Assembly (NCBI GenBank): GCA_964589975.1
Contig: CAZPVH010000001.1
Span: forward strand, 164,853-228,852
Length of the DNA: 64,000 nucleotides
Source: an uncultured Candidatus Saccharibacteria bacterium
Lineage (GTDB): Bacteria > Patescibacteriota > Minisyncoccia > Phycocordibacterales > CSBR16-119
Reading direction: 5' to 3'
A model generated the notes under the pieces. That model searched no databases and was not told the origin of the DNA. It worked only from the letters and a program-made list of their open reading frames with translations. A program made the translations under genes and the position numbers. The first letter of the stretch is position 1. Every line of letters starts with the position of its first letter. Positions 57,795-64,000 of the stretch are shown in pieces.

Positions 57795-59000
57795 TTATTT
57801 TAGTATTTCTATGGCTTTTTCAAGCTGTGTATCAATCTTGTTCTTTTCAAGCTTCTCTAAGTCAAGTTCGACCTCATAGTCAGGCTTTAGACCTTCTTTT
57901 GAGATGGACTTTCCGTTTGGCGTAAGCCACTGCGCGATGGTGAGCTTCAGGGCCGTACCGTCGTCCATTGGGATTAGTTCCTGAACTGAACCCTTGCCGA
58001 ATGTCTGGGTCCCGACAAGCTTGGCCGCGCCATGTTCTTGGAGCGCCCCGGCCATGATTTCAGACGCCGAAGCGGATCCGCCGTTTACGAGTATTGCCAT
58101 TTTGTAATCGCCTGAAAGGAAATGGCCTTTAGCTTTGAATTCACGATCTTCGGTATCGTCTTTACCATCCTCAGAGACGATAAGCGTCCCTTCGGGTAGG
58201 AACCAGCTGGAGATATCGACGGCTGCTGAAAGGTAGCCTCCGGGATTGTTTCGAAGATCAACAATGAGCCTTTTTGAACTGGTATTTGCAAACAGTTTGA
58301 GCGCCTCCTGAAATTCCTTGCTGGAATTATCGCCAAAACTTGAGAACTTTATAAGGAACACGCCATCGTCACGGAGATATTCCGTTTCAATGACCGGAAC
58401 AACAATGAGTTCTCGCACTATAGAAAATTCCAAAACTTCATCAGACCCCTTTCTGGCCACAGAAACAACAACGGTTGTTCCCTTCTCTCCCCTAATAAGA
58501 TCCACCGCTTCGTCAAGCGTGAGTTCGGCCGTGTATGTTTCGTCAACCTTTAAGAGCACATCGCCCGCAAGTATTCCTGCGCGTTCGGCCGGAGAATTCT
58601 TGAGCGGCGCAATGACTGTAATTTGTTCTCCACGCATACCAACTTCCATGCCAACACCAGAGAACTCGCCTTTGAGATCAGTGTGCAGATCTTCATTTTC
58701 TTCCGGAGTCAGATAGTTGGTGTACGGATCGCCGACAGAATCAACGAGACCCTTTATCGCTCCCCAGACCTTCTCCTCGTCACTTGTCTCAGTTCCAGCC
58801 GGGTGGCGTTCCTCGATCAGGCGCCAAACCTCCCAGAAATCCTTAAAATCTGCTCTCCTAGATATATCAAACGGTGCAAGGCTGTTGTTAACCTTTGCAA
58901 CTTGGCTTTCGGCAATGCTGTTGTGCGAACCGATATAGAGTCCGGCGGCAAACGTTATAATGGCAAGTAGTGTGCCTGTAAAAAATTTATGTGGTTTCAT
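57795..59000 (-). CDS. C-terminal processing peptidase (S41A) with PDZ domain
   Basis: DPYT, DLRNNPGG, SASASEI, TFGKGSVQ. Confidence 0.95.
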   Translation of the reverse strand: MKPHKFFTGTLLAIITFAAGLYIGSHNSIAESQVAKVNNSLAPFDISRRADFKDFWEVWRLIEERHPAGTETSDEEKVWGAIKGLVDSVGDPYTNYLTPEENEDLHTDLKGEFSGVGMEVGMRGEQITVIAPLKNSPAERAGILAGDVLLKVDETYTAELTLDEAVDLIRGEKGTTVVVSVARKGSDEVLEFSIVRELIVVPVIETEYLRDDGVFLIKFSSFGDNSSKEFQEALKLFANTSSKRLIVDLRNNPGGYLSAAVDISSWFLPEGTLIVSEDGKDDTEDREFKAKGHFLSGDYKMAILVNGGSASASEIMAGALQEHGAAKLVGTQTFGKGSVQELIPMDDGTALKLTIAQWLTPNGKSISKEGLKPDYEVELDLEKLEKNKIDTQLEKAIEILK

Positions 59001-59054
59001 GTTGAATGGTTCCAGATATAAGTCTGGCTATTTTAGCATTAAAAGGTCTAAATA

Positions 59055-60212
59055 CTAATCTGGCGTATATGCCGCTTTTGTGTAGTTATTTCGTGGGTCC
59101 CACATGAGCCACGACGTCAGCCCGGCGTCATAAGTTGCCGTCATCTGGGCTTTAACCATCTCTGCGGTATATGTTGCGCCGAGGTTAAAATCTTGGAGCC
59201 AAGGTCTAATTTTTGTTCGAGGCTCGCCCATTGCCTCCATCCGATCCCCTGCCTTATCCATGGTTATCTTTATGACGTCATATGGGTGTTCAGCGGGATT
59301 TTTGAAGCCATTCCAGCCGTTCGGGAAGTGGGATGGATAGACCATTGGCGCGATGTAGTCAAAGTATGGCGCGGCGCGCTCCAGCACCTGCCCGATCCCC
59401 AAGTCGTCCGTGTTGGTGGCGACCATGCCGAAAAGATCCGCCGAGATTACCATCGGCTTTTTGCCGACGCGGAGTTTCTCGTCGGCATATTTGAAAAATG
59501 ATTCCAAGACTTCCGGCTTGGCCTTGCCGTCAGATAGTGGGAAATAAATATTTTGCATGTCGCCGTCCGATGGGAATCGGATGTAGTCAAAATTAATCTC
59601 GTCAAATCCAACGGCATACGATTCTTCAGCGAGAGCAATCACGTAATCCCAAACTTTTTGGCTGCCGGCATCAAACCAACCGATCCCTTTGTGATCTGCC
59701 CAAAGTTTAGATTTGTCTGCCTTTTGCTTCACTGCTTCTTCGGGCCACTTTTTTATGAGGTAGGGATCCTGAAAAACGGCAATTCTACCAATGACGTAAA
59801 TATTTTTATCATGAAGCCTATCGATAAGTTCACGGATTTCAGGAATCCTGTTATCAGAAGATTCCAAACTTTTGAAGGGTTCATTTTGGATATCGAAAGA
59901 AACTTTTCCGGTCGCGTCTTTTATATCTATTACCACAGCATTTACCTCTGTTGTATCTATTAGTGTAATAAGGCGTTCACGTATGCTTGGCGTACCACCC
60001 ACCCAGCTTGTCATGTAAACAGCCTTTACCGCTTCTGGGGTTGGTAAGTGCCGTACCACTGGACCAGTATCGGGAATTTCTATAACACTGCCATTAAAAA
60101 AATTCTCACTCGCAATTGCGTTGGCAGAATATTCACGAGATGGCGCATAAAAATATATCCCGAGCGGGATAATAGTTGCGAATCCTAAAATAGCCATGTT
60201 CTTCTTATTCAT
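59055..60212 (-). CDS. Putative glycoside hydrolase (DUF4015-like)
   Basis: NAVVIDIKD, GFDEINFDYIRFP, PMVYPSH, RPWLQDF. Confidence 0.88.
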   Translation of the reverse strand: MNKKNMAILGFATIIPLGIYFYAPSREYSANAIASENFFNGSVIEIPDTGPVVRHLPTPEAVKAVYMTSWVGGTPSIRERLITLIDTTEVNAVVIDIKDATGKVSFDIQNEPFKSLESSDNRIPEIRELIDRLHDKNIYVIGRIAVFQDPYLIKKWPEEAVKQKADKSKLWADHKGIGWFDAGSQKVWDYVIALAEESYAVGFDEINFDYIRFPSDGDMQNIYFPLSDGKAKPEVLESFFKYADEKLRVGKKPMVISADLFGMVATNTDDLGIGQVLERAAPYFDYIAPMVYPSHFPNGWNGFKNPAEHPYDVIKITMDKAGDRMEAMGEPRTKIRPWLQDFNLGATYTAEMVKAQMTATYDAGLTSWLMWDPRNNYTKAAYTPD

Positions 60213-60331
60213 CCCGATAGTGACAGGTCGCGGTCTTCACGCAACAATCAAGTTCAATTTTAATAATTTTTCGATTTTTTATCATATATGTCTGAAATTT
60301 CTGAGCGACCACGGTCACTGACGGGATTCAT
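60208..60331 (-). mobile_element. ~120-bp palindromic start-codon element, copy 3
   Basis: Minus strand ATGAA-TCCCGTCAGTGAC...GACCGCGACCTGTCACTATCGGG-ATGAA. Confidence 0.8.
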
Positions 60332-60641
60332 GAACGGCAGTATCTTTTTTCTTTATAAAAACGAACCCGTTTGATTCGAGTGGCGGCGTTTCTTTGACAA
60401 GTGGCGGCAGATAAGGACTTGGGATTTTCTTTTCAGCACGCTTTCGAACGGCAACCGGTTTCTGAACTACAATTTTCGGCTCAGCTGCTTTTTTCTTTTC
60501 AATGTATAAGCTGTATGCAGAAATTAGAATGATAAAACCGAATCCGAAATACACGGCATTCTCTACCATGCCGGAAAATCCAAGGTGCGGCAAAGCCATA
60601 GTGAGAAGTCCAATCAAAAAAAGTCTTTTAGCGCGTCCCAT
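60315..60641 (-). CDS. Small 2-TM protein
   Basis: LPHLGF motif; its stop codon lies inside repeat copy 3. Confidence 0.7.
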   Translation of the reverse strand: MGRAKRLFLIGLLTMALPHLGFSGMVENAVYFGFGFIILISAYSLYIEKKKAAEPKIVVQKPVAVRKRAEKKIPSPYLPPLVKETPPLESNGFVFIKKKDTAVHESRQ

Positions 60642-60692
60642 AACACGCTCATTGTACACCCGCCGCTTTAAAACCCCCAAATTTCCTGTTGA

Positions 60693-61379
60693 TTACGAGG
60701 CTGAAACGATGACTACGAACTCTCCGCGGATCTTGTCCGGGTTTTGTTTGAAGTACTGGAGAACGTCCGAAGCCGACCCAGAGACTGTTTCTTCAAAGAT
60801 TTTTGTCAGTTCTCGGGCGATGACGACTTTTTTGTCGTCCTCAAGGTATTTAGCGAGTGATTCGAGAGTTTTTTCTATTCTGTGCGGAGATTCGTAGAAG
60901 ACCGACGTCCTTTCTGAGGCTGCAATCTCTTTGAATAAAGTCTCCCTGCCCTTCTTGTGCGGAAGGAATCCATAAAAAGTAAACTGTGGGCTCGGAATAC
61001 CGCTTATCGATAGAGCGGCGGTTAGGGCCGAAGCTCCAGGGATGGCGACAATTTTTACATCAGGCAATTCACGCTTAACCATCTCGATCAACATCACACC
61101 TGGGTCTGATATTGTCGGCGTACCAGCGTCGGAAACTAGAGCGAGTGACTTCCCCTCGCGAAGCATTTCAATTATCTTCTCGTGCTTTGAGAGCTTTGAC
61201 TGGGCATGATAGCTCATAGTTCCAGTGCCGATAGCATAGTGATCTAGGAGGTGTCTGGTCACTCTGGTATCCTCACACAGCACTAAATCAACGCTTTTAA
61301 GCGTCTCTATGGCCCTGTGGGTCATATCCCCCATGTTCCCTATTGGGGTGGCTATGACGTATAAATTGCCAGGATTCAT
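60693..61379 (-). CDS. rsmI: 16S rRNA C1402 2'-O-methyltransferase
   Basis: ATPIGN, CEDTR, SDAGTP.ISDPG, YESPHR, RELTK. Confidence 0.97.
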   Translation of the reverse strand: MNPGNLYVIATPIGNMGDMTHRAIETLKSVDLVLCEDTRVTRHLLDHYAIGTGTMSYHAQSKLSKHEKIIEMLREGKSLALVSDAGTPTISDPGVMLIEMVKRELPDVKIVAIPGASALTAALSISGIPSPQFTFYGFLPHKKGRETLFKEIAASERTSVFYESPHRIEKTLESLAKYLEDDKKVVIARELTKIFEETVSGSASDVLQYFKQNPDKIRGEFVVIVSAS

Positions 61380-61439
61380 GAGGTGTATAATACTTGACTT
61401 TTAAGTAAATGTCTAGTATAAAGTAAAAAACTTCACCAA

Positions 61440-61703
61440 ATGCCCTGTGTACTTTTGGCCGTGACGGCCGCCATCATCGGTACCCTCATTGGTTACCATA
61501 TCCTCCAAAGAAAAAGGAGCGTAACCTGTCCAGACTGCCATCGGTCCCTACATTTCGAAAGAGGGATGGTCAGGATAGCTCCCGCCGGATTCACCATCAG
61601 AGAAGAAACCGTCCATTGCCCTGATTGTTTCAAGGCCTATGGAAGAACGGTTACCATGGATTCGACATGTGAAGAATGTGTGAGCGAATGGGTCCCGATT
61701 TAG
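61440..61703 (+). CDS. TM plus Zn-ribbon small protein (array unit 1)
   Basis: CPDC twice; TTGACT-N17-TATAAA. Confidence 0.65.
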   Translation: MPCVLLAVTAAIIGTLIGYHILQRKRSVTCPDCHRSLHFERGMVRIAPAGFTIREETVHCPDCFKAYGRTVTMDSTCEECVSEWVPI

Positions 61704-61796
61704 ACACCCGCAGAAGGACACCCCTTCGCGGGTGTTTCTTTTTTATGTTGACTTAATAAGGCTTCTCCGGTATAAACGGAAAAAACATACAAAGTG

Positions 61797-62024
61797 ATGA
61801 CAACATCAGCAGAGCTCAAAAGTCGTGTGGGAATACTCGAAACCAGAGAACAGCTGGAAAAGTCGATACAGGAGATCCGGGACAAGGCCAATGCTGAAAT
61901 GAAGCCCCTTCAGGATGAACTCGCGAAGCTTCAAAAGAAATGTTACCACCCAGGCATGCCGTATAATCCATACAATGGTACATCAATTGGATGGACATGT
62001 CCGGATTGCAAAGCGAACTTCTAA
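61797..62024 (+). CDS. Coiled-coil plus C.H...CPDC small protein (array unit 2)
   Basis: TTGACT-N17-TATAAA; A/C leader; hairpin. Confidence 0.65.
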   Translation: MTTSAELKSRVGILETREQLEKSIQEIRDKANAEMKPLQDELAKLQKKCYHPGMPYNPYNGTSIGWTCPDCKANF

Positions 62025-62136
62025 GACATCACACTCACCCGCACTGAAACACCTTAGCGGGTGTTTCTTTTTACCCTATCTAATAAACTTGACTCAAGCT
62101 TCGGCGCAGGGTATAAAGTGACAAACAACACAGCCC

Positions 62137-62415
62137 ATGACAGATACAGTAGCCCCTCCAAAACCCAAATTCAGCACGAAGTTCGCCTTTGAGATCCAAG
62201 AGATCTCGGGAATTCCAACAGAGAAGTCCTCGCAGGCGATCATGATCTTCAATGAAGAAAGGTGTCGGCAGGGTTTCAGGATATACGCCGCGCGTTACGA
62301 AGATGGCCATTTCGTTAAGGCCGAGAATGACGGCAGCCACCACAGTTTCTACGTCCGCGTTCCCATCGGCCGTTTCGGCGAGATCATAAAAGAACTCAAG
62401 GCGCTCACCCTCTAA
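62137..62415 (+). CDS. Small hypothetical protein (array unit 3)
   Basis: TTGACT-N17-TATAAA; hairpin at 62434-62460. Confidence 0.65.
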   Translation: MTDTVAPPKPKFSTKFAFEIQEISGIPTEKSSQAIMIFNEERCRQGFRIYAARYEDGHFVKAENDGSHHSFYVRVPIGRFGEIIKELKALTL

Positions 62416-62502
62416 GGATCCCGATACGAACGCAAAGCCCGGCCATGTGCCGGGCTTTTTCGCTGCCATTTTTAATTTAATTACATAATTTCTTGCAAAA
62501 GT

Positions 62503-63306
62503 TTATTCAATTTTTTCCTTTTCCAGCAATAAATCAGTTATTTTTACCATTGACTCATAGTTTTCTGTCTTTAAGGCAAATGTTTTAGCAATTTCCAGCT
62601 CCTCTTTGCTCAAATCTTCGTGGCTGTGGGCCAAATCAACCATTTTTAAATAGGCCATACTTAATATAATTTCAGCCACATCACTTGGATCTGACCACTT
62701 AATCTCCGGAAGATTATTTAGAAGCGAAGCAAGAACAAGAAATTGGGCTGAACGAAGCTGGTTTAAAATATTTTTTTCCTCATAGTCATCATCTCCTGGG
62801 ATACCTGGATCAACTACCGGCCCTATCTTTTTTAATTCATTTCTTATTTTCGATATCGCGATTGTTCTTTCTTCAGCTGACAATTCTTTTCCCAGGGTCA
62901 TTTTAGTCGACGTCTCTGATATCTTGCTTCTTTGATCCTTAATCTCTTTTATTCTAACGGCAAGATTTTCACGATTAGACTTATTTGCCATTGTTATAAG
63001 ATCGTCAATGTCATGAGTCATTTTAAAACTAAGGAATTTCTCCTGTTCATCCTTTGATGATAATTCAAAAATTTTTAAATCCATATTCAAGAAAACATCT
63101 GATATGTCCTCTGCGTTCTCGAAGAACATAGAAAATTCCGCTTCGTTTCTTATCTTTTTAAAAATAATTTCTCTCCTGTCTGAATCACTAAAATTTGAAT
63201 ACTCCTTGCTAATAGAAGAATATCTCTCCATTATTCGGAACCATTTCCTTTTTATTTCATCAATAGCATTCTTTTCATTATTTGATTGTATTGGCCCGCC
63301 CTCCAT
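62503..63306 (-). CDS. Low-GC charged helical hypothetical protein
   Basis: Long ORF immediately after atpC. Confidence 0.65.
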   Translation of the reverse strand: MEGGPIQSNNEKNAIDEIKRKWFRIMERYSSISKEYSNFSDSDRREIIFKKIRNEAEFSMFFENAEDISDVFLNMDLKIFELSSKDEQEKFLSFKMTHDIDDLITMANKSNRENLAVRIKEIKDQRSKISETSTKMTLGKELSAEERTIAISKIRNELKKIGPVVDPGIPGDDDYEEKNILNQLRSAQFLVLASLLNNLPEIKWSDPSDVAEIILSMAYLKMVDLAHSHEDLSKEELEIAKTFALKTENYESMVKITDLLLEKEKIE

Positions 63307-63308
63307 AA

Positions 63309-63734
63309 TTATTTCCGCCACTTCTTGCCAATATTAATTCGATTTAATTCTTTTTCCATCATGCTTTGCATGCGAGCATAATCCACATCGGCAATATTCT
63401 GATCCATAACCATTGCTTCCTGCGCGCGCTTGTAGGCGTCTTCGGCCCGAGCGACATCAATGTCATGCGCGAGTTCACCGCGTTCAGCGAGAATAACTAT
63501 AGTGTGGCCATCGCGAACTTCAAGTATGCCGCCGGAAACAGCCAGGCCGAGAGTTACGCCATCTTTTATCAAATGCGCCTCGCCGGTCTTGATCGGCGCG
63601 ATGAGCGGAATGTGTCCTGGGAGAACTGTTATCTCGCCCTCCTTGGTTGGGATTGTGACAGACGAAATACCGACAGAATCATAAACGACTCGGTCCGGCG
63701 TCACAATCTTCAGTTCGAGGAGTTTCTGTTCCAT
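63309..63734 (-). CDS. atpC: ATP synthase F1 epsilon subunit
   Basis: IVTPDR, GEITVLPGH, VSGGILEV. Confidence 0.96.
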   Translation of the reverse strand: MEQKLLELKIVTPDRVVYDSVGISSVTIPTKEGEITVLPGHIPLIAPIKTGEAHLIKDGVTLGLAVSGGILEVRDGHTIVILAERGELAHDIDVARAEDAYKRAQEAMVMDQNIADVDYARMQSMMEKELNRINIGKKWRK

Positions 63735-63736
63735 TT

Positions 63737-64000
<264 letters not shown>

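Overview
This 64-kb window is bacterial chromosome in the standard code 11. Gene content, mostly leaderless housekeeping genes and the repeat types suggest Patescibacteria/CPR (Parcubacteria-like); that assignment is inference. The core backbone is corA, rplU, recR, dnaB, trpS, sppA, non-discriminating aspS, scpA/scpB, mraY, ftsW, murG, gltX, rpmA, rplI, an S41 protease, rsmI, atpC and atpD. About 28 self-contained accessory units are interspersed in it. Each has a TTGAC-type promoter, an A/C-rich leader without a Shine-Dalgarno, an unrelated ORF and a GC-rich hairpin. The most unusual items are five. (1) A stand-alone ~300-nt RNA gene at 16.56-16.88 kb is a structurally conserved but sequence-diverged paralog of 23S rRNA domain I (about H5-H13), with its own promoter, boxA and terminator, and a divergent small RNA beside it. 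(2) A structured RNA at 10.26-10.42 kb exposes a strand complementary to the AAAACC leader shared by the accessory units. (3) A ~120-bp covarying palindromic element is inserted exactly at three start codons with an ATGAA duplication. (4) A low-GC restriction-modification island carries a tandem PvuII-fold nuclease between two methylases. (5) An in-frame amber codon sits at codon 7 of a flotillin gene. No tRNA, full rRNA gene, CRISPR array, integrase or transposase was recognised. All homology calls are by eye or from memory, not from database searches.
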